From: Malacoraja senta
Taxonomy: Eukaryota
Length of the DNA: 64,000 nucleotides
Assembly: GCA_038087875.1 (NCBI GenBank)
Contig: CM075987.1
Coordinates: 24,864,001-24,928,000, forward strand
Direction: 5' to 3'
The translations under genes were made by a program, and so were the position numbers. Below, piece after piece: positions 38,832 to 52,358 of the stretch (position 1 is the stretch's first letter; every line of letters starts with the position of its first letter). The notes under the pieces were generated by a model, which saw only the letters and a list, made by a program, of their open reading frames with translations, did not search any database and had not been told where the DNA came from.

Positions 38832-40456
38832 GCCTTTATTTGATAAGCCAGCATCTGTAGTTCTTTGTTAGTACAGCAGAATCTAGTACAAGGCTACCGG
38901 GGGGGGGGGGGGGGGGGGAGAGGAAAGGGGTGGTGTCGGGGGAGGGGAATGGTGCTGGGGTGTATGAGGGGAGGTGAGACAAATATGGGCGGTGGGTGGA
39001 TGAGATGCCAGAGGAGGTAGGTGAGGCAGCTACTATAACAACGTTTAAAAGGCATTTGGACAGGTACATGGATAGGACAGTTTTAGAGGGATATGGGCCT
39101 AACGTGGGCAGGTGGGACGAGTGTAGATGGGCCATCTTTTTTGGCATGGGCAAGTCAGGCCGAAGGGGCCAGTTTCCTTGCTATATGACTCTGTGACTCG
39201 ATATGTAAGAGCGGTAAAAGGGGAAAAAAAGGCAAGAATGGTAAGAAGAGACAAAGAAAGGGAGGAAGGAAAGAGAAGGAAATATGCATGAGATGATGGG
39301 TAGGATGATGACGGAGTGAGTTTAGTTTAGTTTAGTTTGGAGATACAGTGCGGAAACAGGCCCTTTGGCCCACCGAGTCGGCACTGACCAGCGATCCCTG
39401 CACACTAACATTACACACACGAGGGACAATTCACATTTATACCAAGCCAAATAACCTACAAACCTGTAATGTCTTTGGAGTCATATGTTCATAAGGTCAT
39501 AAGGAATAGGAGTAGAATTAGGCCATTTGGCCCCATCAAGTCTACTCTGCCATTCAATCATGGCTGATCTATCTCTCCCTCCTAACCCTATTCTCCTGCC
39601 TTCTCCCCATAACCTCTGACACCCGCACTAATCAAGAATCTATCTATCTCTGCTTTAAAAATATCCACAGATCCACCACCCTCTGACCAGAGTGTGGGAG
39701 GAAACTGAAGATCTCGGGGAAAGTCCAGCCATGGGTTACTCCAGCTTTTTGTACCTATCCTTGGTTATAAAGTTTCCACATACGGACACTCTTACAGAGG
39801 AACAAGCTCCCCTAACACTGTATTCAAATGTCTGATGTGTGTGTGTTTTGACAAACAGCAAAACTGGTTTTCTTTCTCATCTTCTACAATTGTTTTTTTC
39901 TGATCAGCCTTTTGTGGTTTTGATGCGATTCTTTACAAGACTGTCGGAGTTATCGTTACCCTATAGAGTGATTTTTGTGTATTTTCCGACATACAGATAA
40001 AATGGTAAAAGCAGAACCCAGAGAAGGCCTGTAATCTTATTTTAATTGAAGACATCTGTACGGAGTTTGTACGTTCACCACGTGACCTGCGTGGGTTTTC
40101 TTCGTGATCTTCAGTTTCCTCCCACATTCCAAAGACGTACGAGTTTGCAGGTTAATTGGCTTGGTAAATGTAAAAATTGTCCATAGTAGGTATAGGATAG
40201 TGTTAATGTGCAGGGATCGCTGGTCCTCATGGACTCGGTGAGCCGAAAGGGCCTGTTTCCGCGCTGTATCTCTAAACTAAACTAAACCTGGCATTGCAGA
40301 TGCTGAAATCTTGAGCCTAAAGTGCTGGTGGAACTCAGCGGGTCAGGTAGCATTTTTAGTTTATTTTCAGTTTTGTTTAATTTAGAGATACAGCACGGAA
40401 ACAATCCCTTTGGCCTACCGGGTCAGCGCCGATCAGCGATCCCCGCACTATCCTAA

Positions 40457-40836
40457 AGGGCCTGTCCCACGAGCATGCGACTGCAAGCGGCAAGCGCGAC
40501 CTCGCGGGGCCGGTCCCACTTCGATCGCCGGAGCCGTATGGAGTTGTGCGGAGCTGGGCCCGACATCACGCGGGGCTCCGGAAAACTGACAGTGTTCAAA
40601 AATTCCGCGCGGCCACGGCCTGCCGGCCCGCAGCCGCATTGAGGCCGTACGCACCACCTCGACGGGCCTGCGCAGCGTCTCAACGCCGTACGCAGCATCT
40701 TGACGTCGTACGTCACGTGCGAACTTCCCACGGACTTCGCCCGAACTTCACGTCACTCACTCGACCTCCGCGCGGCCCCCGCTTCCGGTTTGGTCGCGCT
40801 TGCCGCATGCAGTCGCATGCTCGTGGGACCGGCCCT
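40457..40836. mobile_element. PIF/Harbinger-type MITE, same family as 28335-28734 in inverted orientation
   Basis: TAA TSD and the same TIRs; interior is the reverse complement of the 28335 copy. Confidence 0.85.
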
Positions 40837-42647
40837 TAACACTATCCTACACATTAGGGACAACTTTCAATTTCACCAAGATAATTAGCCTACACACCTG
40901 TACGTCTGTGGAGTGTGGGAGGAAACCAGAGCTACCGGAGCAAACCCACGCAGGTCACGGGGAGAACGTACAAACTCCGTACAGATAGCACCCGTAGTCA
41001 GGATCGAACCCGGGTCTCCGGCGCTGTGAGGCAGTAACTCTACCACTGCGCCACCGTGCCCCATAGCAGTGGAGGGAATGGATTGATGACGATTTGGAAC
41101 AGGAAAAGGGTCCCGATCTTGAACAATGTCGCCTACTCATTTTCTCCATAGATGTTGCTCAACCCACTGAGTTACTTTGCTTTAGTTTTGTTTCTTTTGA
41201 CTTTTCTGTACTTTAGCAGGTTAAAGAAGCAACACCAATGCAGTTTGTTGAACAGCATCTCCTCGTGATGTGATTTTTGCAGACTTTATGAAAACCTTCT
41301 GCCATCTTTTCTCACATTTATGTTCATAGGTTCATAAGGGATAGGAGTAGAATTAGGCCATTCGGCCCCATCAAGTCTACTCTGCCATTCAATCATGGCT
41401 GATCTATCTTTCCCTCTCAACCTCACGCTCCTGCCTTCTCCCCGTAACCCCCAACACTCACATTAACCAAGAATCTATCTATCTCTGCCTTAAATATATC
41501 CATTGACGGCCTCCACAGCCTTCTGTGGCAAAGAATTCCACAGATTCACCGCCCCCTGATTAAATAAATTCCTCCTCATCTCCTTCCTGAAGGAACGTCT
41601 TTCAATTCGTAGGCTATGACCTGTGGTCCTGGACTCTCCCACTAGTGGAAACATCCTCCCCACATCCTGATGAAACTACTGGCGTATTTGCTGGGATGTG
41701 GGCCTATAAATCCAGGTAGCCCTCCTTGAGCCGATCAGGTGAAAGTCTTCGTAAACCGTTTTGCAATAGTAATTCATCACAGGTGAAGCCCGACAGTATT
41801 TACCACTGTGAAAAGCAGGCTCTTTTTTTTTGGTCTTATTTTTTAATTGCTCACATTATCAAATAATAATTTGTTGCAGACATTTCTTGTGAGATCCACC
41901 TTCAATGGACAAACCTTTATTTTGAAACCATGCCTCTGTTTCTAGCTCCCTCCACAATGGGAAAACATCACGCCGTTAGTCAGGAAACCAATCTGTATCA
42001 AAGGCACTGAAAACCTATCTTCAATTTATCCATCGAAATGAGAATGAATAATTTATATAACGTGGGGGGGTTTTTTTGCACCTGAATATGTCCAGACTTT
42101 ATGGCACAGTTTATCACACAGAGAGTGTCAGGTAATGGATAGACAAACTATTTGTCTGAACACTGCCATTCATGCCCAGTGCATTGATTGAGGAATTACA
42201 AATGCCATTTGGAAAGCGAAACAAAATCTCTGCCTGGGAACTGATCACAAAAGAAAGGTTGCCAGCTCCAGGTATAAAGGCTGTGAAGCATTTCTTCCGA
42301 GAAAATGGATCTGTATGCACAGTGCACAGAGCCATGTGCAGACTCTAATCTTTCATCGAGTTTCTACCATTAATACAATCAATCACAGCTCAGCAAGTTT
42401 TGTTTTCAGACAGCTAATCTTGTACCATCAGCTCCTGTTAATAGGTTTCAAGCAATCTATAGGCACACAATGCATCTTTTTTGTCACGGTGAATCGCTGG
42501 ATGCCATTCATTTGTTCTCTGGCTCTCTTAAAGGAAAGGCCACTGGAACCGTTGGCACTCATATCCAATTGTTTGGCTCGAGCAAAGGCGCTTGCAAACG
42601 CTCTCTTCCCAGAAGGTAGACGCAAAATGCTGGATAAACGAGAAATG

Positions 42648-42675
42648 CTGAAGAAGGGTCTCGACCCGAAACGTC
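42648..42675 (+). ncRNA. Minimal hammerhead-ribozyme-like motif (representative copy)
   Basis: CTGAAGA-A-GGGTCTCGACCC-GAAA-CG-TC: CUGANGA box, stem II hairpin, GAAA box, very short helix III and UH site. Helix I is not clearly formed. Confidence 0.65.
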
Positions 42676-43236
42676 ACCCATTCCTTCTCTCCAGAGATGC
42701 TGCCTGAGTTACTCCGGCATTTTTGTGTCTCCCTTTGGTTTAAACCAGCATCTGCAGTTCTTTCCTACACATCCTCTTCCCAGAAGTTGCAATTGAACGA
42801 TCCCACTGTAATGCAATTTGTCCTCGATTTTCTGACGATTTCATTTGTCTGAACGGAAGGGAATTATTGTGTAGGGAGGAACTGCAGATGCTGGTTTAAG
42901 CTGAAGATAGACACAAAGTGCTGGAGTAACTCAGCGGGGCAGGCAGCATCTCTGGAGGGAAGGAATGGGTGACGTTTCAGGTCGGGACCCTTCTTCAGAC
43001 TATTGTTGTTACCTTGGTACTGAAGCAGGATTACAATTAATTATTTTAACACTGATAATGAAAAAAACACTCAACTAAGCACCAAATCCAATTAATCTTG
43101 AGAAAATTAATAATTAATGAAATTCAGAGGTATTCTGAAATAATTACACCTAATATTTCCCATGGCGTATTGCCTTTCAGAGCAGAAATGTCAAAATTCA
43201 TAAATTCTGTCATATTCATTTACTTTAAGAACTAGA

Positions 43237-43522
43237 GGGCGACATGGGTGGCACAGCGGTAGAGTTGCTGCCTCACAGCGCCAGACACCCGGGTTCCATC
43301 CTGACCTCGGGTGCTGCCTGTACGGAGTTTGCATGTGTTTTCTCCGGGTGCTCCGGTTTCCTCCCACACTCCAAAGGTGTACCGGTTTGCAGGTTAATTG
43401 GCTTGGGTAAAATTGTACATTGTCCCAAGTGTGTCAGATAGTGTTAGTGTGCGGGGATCGCTGGTCGGCAGGGACTCAGTGGGCCGAAGGGCCTGTTTCT
43501 GTGCTGTATCTCTAAACTAAAC
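43237..43522 (+). mobile_element. V-SINE (HE1-like)
   Basis: Same A/B boxes, V-domain and tail. Confidence 0.85.
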
Positions 43523-46500
43523 TTTTTTAAAAAGTGCATAGAGTAAACATTGCACTGTCATTGTATGTCATGTTGTCACTTGCGGGCAGAGCACCAAGGC
43601 AAATTCCTTGTATGCTAATAAACTAATTCATTCATTCATTCATTCATTCATTCATTCATTCATTCATACAGTTTAGTTTAGTTTCTCTCAAAACCAAACT
43701 GAAGTGAAATCAGTGTTTTTCCTGAAGTCCCATGTGAATGTGAGAATGGATATGAATCAACGGCTGGGAGGGTTCTGAAAAAATGACATAGGCCTGAGGC
43801 ATTTAAATGTTTTTCTTCTTTCCTCCACATTCCAGTATCTACCATATTTTGCTTTGGTCATCGCATCACAAACACATTGCAGTGAATTGAGAGCGAAGAA
43901 CAATATGGGTGAAATAATCCCACAGAACGCCATCAATTCTGACAAAAGGTTACCACCTTAAAAGGCTGAAGAAGGGCCCTGACCTGAAACGTCACCTATC
44001 CAAGTTCTCCAGGGAAGCTGTCTGACCCATTGAGTTACTCACTGTTTTTTTGTTGCTAACCTAAAAAGCTTACTCTGTGGACTCAAGGAACTGCAGAAGC
44101 TGGTTTACAAAAAATAACACAAAGTACAAGAGTAACTCAGCGTGTCTGGCAGCATCAGAACTTGGACAGGTGACTCTTTGGATTGGGACCCTTCTTCAGA
44201 CTGCTTTAGCCTAAGGCAGAATCCTGAACTGAAAAATCACCTATCCATGTTCTCCAGAGATGCTGCCTGACCTGTTGAGGTATTCCGGTACTTTGTGTGA
44301 TTTAATGTTAACTCTGTTTTTTTATTCTCTACAGACGCTGCCTAACCCACTGGGTGTTTCCAAAATTCACTGTTTTTACTTCAGATTTCAGTACCTGCAC
44401 TATTTTTTGCCTTTCGAAATTGCATACGAATATTTACTTTCTTAAAGATAAAGTGTTGAGCCTTGAGTCTTTATGAGATTTGGATAACTGAGTGAGTGAA
44501 CTAATTCCAACTCAAATTAATCTTCCTTTGCTCCTATCTGGAAGATGTGGAAAGTTTGCAATGGGGAAAAGTGTGGAAATGCAGAACAAGCAGTCATTTC
44601 TCCCCGTGTAGGAAGGAACTGCAGATGCTGGTTTAAACCGAAGATAGACACAAAAAGCTGGAGCGGGACAGGCAGCATCTCTGGAGAGAAAGAATGGGTG
44701 ACGTTTCGGGAAGAAGGGTCTCGACCCAAAACGTCACCCGTTCCTTCTCTCCAGAGATGCTGCCTGTCCCGCTGAGTTACTCCAGCTTTTTGTGTCTATC
44801 TTAAGTTGACCAGGTTTTGATTGAGAATTGAACAGCTGAGCATAAAGATTACGGGACACATCTTGCACAAAGATATATGGAAAGATGAATATAACTGACC
44901 AATGTTACACCACAGGTGAAACAGTTTGATATAAGGGCGATGATATTTGTGATGCATTGTGACACATTAAACAGTGGCTTCATGCCCAGAAGATGCAGAC
45001 AATTTATGTTGGGTTTATGAACAATAGCCTGGAAGATTCAGCTATCTAAAAATTAATCTCTGTTGATCGCAATAAACAGGCAGTAATGTTTTGACACTCT
45101 TCACTCTTCACTCTTCACATTGCCTTTGATGAAACCGAGTATAGAAATGCAGAAAATGCCGCAAGCTGTTTTATAGGGTGTTTAGGGCTACCAACCAAGA
45201 TTAATCTATGTGCACTTTGTTCCCGAGAGCTTGTAGCTTTCTTGAAGACTCAAAAGTCGCAAATCATCAGTCCTGCAATATATTGATCTAAGTTTAGTTC
45301 AGGGATAACGCACGTAAACAGGCCCTTCAGCCCATCGAGTCTGCGCCGACCTGTTCGTTCGCTCGTGTGTCAGATGACGTGTAGCCGGCTATTGGCTTCT
45401 GTCGTTGTCCGACATGTTGACAGAATTGGTCGCCCGACGCGTCACAGAGTGCATCGTGTCGTCGCTTCCGGGGATCGCCACGAGGAGGCTTCTGTCATCA
45501 TCCCGCGCCGACCAGTGATCCCCAAACACTAGTTCCATGCTGCACGCCACGGACCATTTACAACAGAGCCGATTAACCCACAAACCTGCACGGCGTTGGA
45601 GTGTGGGTCGAAACCGGAGCACCCGTAGAAAACCCACGCAGGTCACGGGGAGAACGTGCAAACTCCGAACAGACAGCGCCCATCGCCAGGATGGAACCCG
45701 GGTCTCTGACGCTGTGAGGCAGCAACTCTACCGCTGCGCCACCGTGCCGCCCTAGTATTGCCCCAAGAAAATATAGGCTTTAAGATGGAAGGTAGACACA
45801 AAATGCTGGAGCAACTCAGCGGGGACAGGCAGCATCTCTGAAGAGAAGGAATGGGTGACGTTTTGGGTCGAGACCCTTCTTGTCCCGCTGAGTTACTCCA
45901 GCATTTTGTGTCTACCTTCGATTTAAACCAGCATCTGCAGTTCTTTCCTACACACTAGGCTTTAATATGGATCTATGTTGGCACATTGTGTCTTTGATTT
46001 TCCTTCAATTGTACGGTGAATAATGTTTCTTGAGTATGGAATGGTGGTGTGCATATTTAAGTGGACTATTATGGACTGTTCTGGCCTATTGATCCAGAGA
46101 CATTAGTTAGGATCTCACCACGGCAGCTAGGCAATTTCAATTCTGGTAATTAAATACAGCTGGAATTGAAGATGAAACAATGATCGCGAAGCCACTGGGA
46201 TGTCATTAAAACGCAACTGGTTCACTAATGCATTTCAGGAAAGCAAATCTGCCATCCTTACCCATATTGCCCTTCAATGACTCACAACTATCTCCATGGT
46301 TGTAGACTCTCCCACCACTGGAAACATCCTTCCTCTGCCTCTCATCTGTGATAGTGGAATCGTCCTGTTAGCAGGCGCTGCCACGATCCACCTCCCACAT
46401 GCCACAGGCTTTATTTCAGTTTACTTTTTGAAATACGGGGAAAACAGTCCCTTCGTCCCACCGAGTCCACACCGACCAGCGATCCCCACACACTAACCCG

Positions 46501-47099
46501 GTTGACCAGCGATCTCTGCACATGCACAGGGCGGCGTTCTGGCACAGCGGTAGAGTTGCTGCCTTATAGCGCTCGCAGCGCCGGAGACTAAGGTTCGATC
46601 CCAACCACGGGTGCTGCCTGTATGGAGTCTGTACGTTCTCCCATGACCGCGTGCTTGGGTTTTCTCCGAGATCTTCGGTTTCCTCCCACACTCCAAAGAC
46701 GTACAGGTTTGCAGGTTAATTAGCTGGATATAAGTGTAAATTGTCCCTAGCGTGTGTAGGATAGTGTTGGCGTGTGGGGATCGCTGGTCGGTGCGGACTC
46801 GGTGGATCAGAGGGCCTGTTTCCGCGCTGTATCACTAAACTAAACTAAACTAACACTATCCTACACACACCAGGGACAATTATACATTCATCCCAAGCCA
46901 ATTAACCAGCAAACCTGTACATCTTTGAAGTGTGGGAGGAAAACCGAAGATATCAGAGAAAACCCACGCAGGTGATGGGGAGAATGTACAAACTCCGTAC
47001 AGACAGCACCGGCGGTCAGGTTCAAACCCGGGTTCCTGGCGCTGTAAGGCAGAAACTCTACCGTTGTGCCACGGTCCCGCTTTCTTCCCTCAAAACTAA

Positions 47100-47744
47100 A
47101 GGGCCTGTCCCACTTGGCCGTCATTTACGCAACAGGCCGGTAGTGACTGACGCGCGACAGTCGCGCATGTCATCATGTGTCCGCACAGCCGTCTGGAACG
47201 CATGACATCATTTGAAGATAGACACAAAATGCAGGAGTAACTCAGCGGGACCGGCAGCATTTCTGGAGAGAAGGAATGGATGATGTTTCGGGTCGAGACT
47301 CTTCTTCAGTCTGAAGAAAGGTCTCGACCCGAAACGTCACCCATTGCTTCTCTCCAGAGATGCTGACGGTCCCGCTGAGTTACTCCTGCATTTTGTGTCT
47401 ATCTCCAATCGTCTTGGCCCCGCTCTGGGAAAAGGAGTGGGGGCGGATCTGGATCCGCAACGGCAGTGAGCCCCAGGCCGAGCTCAGCGATCGCTTGCCT
47501 GCTTCTGCGCCGTTGCGCCAGGGTGTGACGTTGCGCCACGCCAGGGTGTCCCACTTGGCCGCCATTTACGCGACAGGCCGGTGGCGCGCGAAGATTTCGT
47601 GCAGAACCAAATCCTGGAGCGCTGCGTGATACCGCGCGCAACTCCACACTCCTCCACGCCACTCCATGCACCCGTCCCACGCTACCCACACGCTACCAGG
47701 TCGCGTAAATGGCGCGCAAATGACGGCCAAGTGGGACAGGCCCT
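47100..47744. mobile_element. PIF/Harbinger-type MITE, related family
   Basis: TAA TSD; 31-bp TIR agggcctgtcccacttggccgtcattt(a/g)cgc. Confidence 0.85.
47311..47338 (+). ncRNA. Minimal hammerhead-ribozyme-like motif, with an inverted copy at 47282-47309
   Basis: ctgaagaaaggtctcgacccgaaacgtc back-to-back with its reverse complement. Confidence 0.55.
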
Positions 47745-48116
47745 TAACAGTGGACATGACAACTCGGGATATTTAAGTCTCCGAGATATTATTCAGCAGC
47801 ACACATTGAACCATCTCTCCAGGAGCCCCATTACGCAAGATGCATTCAGCATTCCGTCAGAATTTATGATCCAGAAATAAAAGCATTTAGTGTGAATTTT
47901 GGAAGCATGTTATTGCAAAAGCAAGGATCCCAGCGAGTGTTATCGCACAGCAGAGATAATAATGATGCTTGGCTAAATAGTAGAAAGTTTCTCCATTTTG
48001 CCGTGGATCACAATATTCTTTGAGAATTGGATCAAATGAACGAAGCGCAAATTTAAAGAAAATTGAAGGGAACATAGTAGGCATTGACTACAAAACAGAT
48101 CAGTGTGTCCATATAC

Positions 48117-49160
48117 TAGGTATGTTACAATACTTACCTTCAGCGGCGCTGCAATTCTGCCACTGGCCGTGCGCGTGATTTTGGCGCCTTTAAGGGGGGG
48201 GCTGGGTTAAAACGCGGGTTTCTCCTACCTTGTCCTGTATTATATTTCGTTGGAGTACAACCTTTTGCTGAAAAATCGTTCCTACGGGCGTTTTGTGTAT
48301 TTTTAATTTTTATTAAATCGACAATGTCAGCGCTGGAGTGAATTTAAAATCAGCTTCTGAAGCCGTCAACGCCGACAACGGGGACGGATTGCACACACGG
48401 GACAGGTAAACGAAAGTAGTTTATTTTAATGTATAAAAGTGCTTCTTAAGAAGCCTTTAATTCATATTTTTTCATGCGAAACGGTAATTCTTTTCCCCGA
48501 ACTAATAGCAGAATGTTTCATGCCGATACGGGGTTAAATTCACCGCAAATCAACGTTCCAAATGATCGCGTTCCAGAAAACCTCACTCGCAAAATGATTT
48601 AAATGCCCATTAATTTACAGGTATTAAACATTCTATTCCTTCCATTTGGCCTGTAAATTCATGACAATGAGATTTAAAAATTATGTTATATTGTGAATTC
48701 TTGTGTGAATGTTATTTGGACACTTAGGCTATTTAAAAATGTTAATCTATTCTTAAGAAATTGATAGATGTTTAGATCTAGTAATTGAATTTTGTAATTA
48801 GCTACAATTAGGTAACTAACTAATTATATGCTTTAATTTCATGTCATCTAAGTAAGATTGTTTCATATTTGTTTCAGAATGCTTCAATCTATAATAACTG
48901 AAAATTTCTTTCAGTTCTCTTAATTTGTAAGAATGTTATGGGCTTTTGACTGTCCTTGGTCACAGCTTTTGTTATTAAGTCAATGGAAAAACAATAGGGA
49001 ACAAGATGCTAATTTCCGAGTATGAAAATGGCCATAACTTTTTTAATACTGAAGATATGAAAGTGAATTAGGTGTCAAATTAAACTTATTTTTGTGCTTT
49101 ATCTGATGGGATAAATTGCAGACTTTATTTTTTAAATCTCAAAATTTTGTAACATTGCTA
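48117..49160. mobile_element. Second copy of the ~1.04-kb element, opposite orientation, inside a Rex1 fragment
   Basis: Perfect TSD catatac at 48110-48116 and 49161-49167; removing it restores the Rex1 3' sequence seen near 2500. Confidence 0.9.
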
Positions 49161-50711
49161 CATATACCATTCTATAAATATATACACACATGGATCAATA
49201 TACTGATAAAGTGCAAATAACAGTTAATGGGTTATTAAAGTTCAGAGTTTTGTCCGAGCCAGGTTTAATAGCCTGATGTAAGGTTAAGTCCAGTAAAGTC
49301 AGGTCAAAGATAGTCCCAGGGTCTTCAATGAGGCAAGTAAAGAGATGCAGAAATCAGTATTGTGGTATATTTTGCTATGATACCGTTATAGAGTTATAGA
49401 TCCCGACTACGGGTGCTGTCTGTACGGAGTATGTACGTTCTTCCCGTGACCTTCGTGGGTTTTCTCCGAGATCTTCCGTCTCCTCCCACACTCCAAAGAC
49501 GCACAGATTTATAGGTGGAATTGTAAATTGTTCTTGGTGTGTGTGGGATAGTATAAGTGTACTGGTCGGCGTGGACTCGGTGGGCCGAAGGGCCTGTTTC
49601 CACGCTGCATCTCTAAACTAAACTAAACTAAAAAGAGATGACACTTTACTGACTCCAGTACAGATATGAAGCAATAGATGAAAACCATGTTCATAAAATT
49701 AATGCGATCTAATTGCCAATGACATCTGCTCAGCTCCTCATGTTTCCGTGCATGAATCTAATCCCCCCCAAGGAACAATACCCTCGTTGCTGAATCAAAT
49801 GTGACAGTGCTTTGCTGATATTAAAATAGCACACATGGAATATATCTTACCTCCTAAATAAACAAACGGCAAAGACAATTTTAATGCAATAACTGTCATC
49901 TTTGATATGCCTTGAAATTTAGCAATATCGAGAGAAAAACTGGCTTGAATTGTAGGACATGGAAGGAATGAGCAACTTGCTAGACATGTTCATATGTTCT
50001 ACATAAGAGCAGAATTAGGCCATTTGGCCCATCAATTCTACCCCGCCATACAATCGTGGCTGATCTATCTATTCCTCCTAACCCCATCTCCTGCCTTCTC
50101 CCACTAATCAACAACCTGTCAATCTCTGCCTTAAAAATCCATTGACTTGGCCTCCACAGCCTTCTGTTGCAATGAATTCCACAGGTTCACCACCCTCTGA
50201 CTAAAGAAATTCCTTCTTATCTCCTTTCGAAAGGTACGTCCTTTTATTCTGAGGCTGTGGCCTCTGGGTCCCAGACTCTCCCACTAGTGGAAACATCCTC
50301 TCCACATTCACTCCAACCAGGCCTTTCACTATTCGGTAAGTTTCAACGAGGGACCCCCACCATCCTTCTAAACTCCTTCACGACATGCATGTCTTGTCTG
50401 AAAGCGTTGCAAATAAGTCAGCTGATTCTCACGTTCGTCAATGGTCACGTGGACAGAGAAAATCAATCTCTCCGCACCTTTTCATGCCAGGAGTCAAGTG
50501 TCCACTTAACGTGGTTACTGCAGATATCTGCTGTTTCAACTGTCCTCTTGCTTGCTGCCAATTCTGAATTTCAATACCCAACGCGTGTTGTGCCTTTCCC
50601 ATGACAGCACGACAAAAATTCTCAAAGACGTTTCCGCAGAGTTCCTGTTGCCACAATATGTTACCAAGAGGCTACAAATTTTCAGAACCCGATTAATGTC
50701 TGCATGTTCAT

Positions 50712-51292
50712 GAAGGAACTGCAGATGCTGGAAAATCAAAGGTAGACAAAAGTGCTGGAGAAACTCAGCGGGTGAGGCAGCATCTATGGAGCGAAGGAAA
50801 TAGGCAAAGTTTCGGGCCGAAACCCTTCTTCAGTGGGGTGGGGGGGGGGGGGGGGGGGGCGGGAAGAAGAAAGGAAGTGGAGGAGCCAGAGGGTTGAGGG
50901 AGAGCTGAGAAGGGGAGGAGACAGCAAGGGCTACAGGAAATTGGAGGATTCAATGTTCGTGCCGCTGGGGTGCAGACTGCCCAAGCGGAATATGAGGTGC
51001 TGCTCCTCCAATTTCCGGTGGTGCTCACTCTGGCCATGGAGGAGGCCCAGGACAGAAAGGTCGGATTCAGAATGGGAGGGGGGAGTTGAAGTGCTGAGCC
51101 ACAGGGAGATCAGGTTGGTTAATGCGGACCGAGCGGAGGTGTTTGGCGAAACGATCGCCAAGCCTACGCTTGGTCTCGCCGATGTAGAGCAGCTGACATC
51201 TAGAGCAGCGGATGCAATTGATGAGGTTGGAGGAGGTCCAGGTGAACCTCTGTCGCACCTGGAACGACTGCTTGGGTCCGTGAATGGAGTCA
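50712..51292 (-). mobile_element. Penelope-like retroelement 3' fragment (GIY-YIG)
   Basis: ORF 51067-51342: SSNLINCIRCSRCQLLYIGETKRRLGDRFAKHLRS; near-identical to the 7125-7900 copy. Confidence 0.9.
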
Positions 51293-51967
51293 AATTTCCA
51301 AATCATAAAAGATGTATCCCGACCTGAAACACAACCATCCATGTTCTCAAGGGATGCTGCCTGATGCAGATGTTGTGCAGATGTTGGTTTGTAAAATAAG
51401 ACACAAAGTGCTGGAGTAAATCAGCGGGTCAGGAAGCATTTCTGGAGGACAGGGAAAGGTGATGCGTTGGGCCATTACCTACCTTCCTTCCTGCTTTCTC
51501 CATCCCCATACTATAATCAGTCTGAGGAAGGGTCCTGAACCGAAACGTCGCCTGTCCATGTTCTCCAGAGATGTGTAGGAAGAAACTGAAGATGCTGGTT
51601 TACAACGTAGATAGGTGCAAAATGCTGGAGTAACTCAGAGGGACAGGCAGCATCTCTGGAGAGAAGGAATGGGCGACGTTTCTCTCCAAGGATTTCGACC
51701 CGAAACGTCACCTATTCCTTTTCTCCAGAGATGCTGCCTGGCCCGCTGAGTTACTCCAGCACTTTGTGTCTATTTTTAGCTGGTAAATGGGATGAGCGTT
51801 GATGAGTAATTGGTGGTCGGCCTAGAAATGATGGCCAAATGAATATGTGCATTCGTCCCTTCAAGTCTACTCATTATTATATTCAGCAACGGTGTGAATT
51901 AAACCCAGATTAGACTACATGTGTAGGAAGGAACTGCAGATGTTGGTTTACACCAAAGATAGACACA

Positions 51968-52358
51968 GTCGCTGCCTCAAAAAGGCTGGCAGCATCATCA
52001 AGGACCCACACCATCCTGGCCACAAAACACATCTCCCCGCTACCTTCAGGTAGAAGGTACAGGAGCCTGAAGACTGCAATGACCAGGTTCAGGAATAGCT
52101 ACTTCCCCACAGCCATCAGGCTATTAAACTCGGCTCGGACAAAACTCTGAACATTAATAGCCCATTATCTGTTTATTTGCACTTTATCAGTTTTATTTAT
52201 TCATGTGTGTATATATTTATATAATGGTATATGGACACACTGATCTGTTCTGTAGTCAATGCCTACTATGTTCTGTTGTGCTAAAGCAAAGCAAGAATTT
52301 CATTGTCCTATCAGGGACACATGACAATAAACTCTCTTGACTCTTGACTCTTGACTTG
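51968..52358 (+). mobile_element. Rex1/Babar LINE 3' end
   Basis: Same sequence as 2390-2760 in the opposite orientation; tail (ctcttga)n. Confidence 0.85.
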
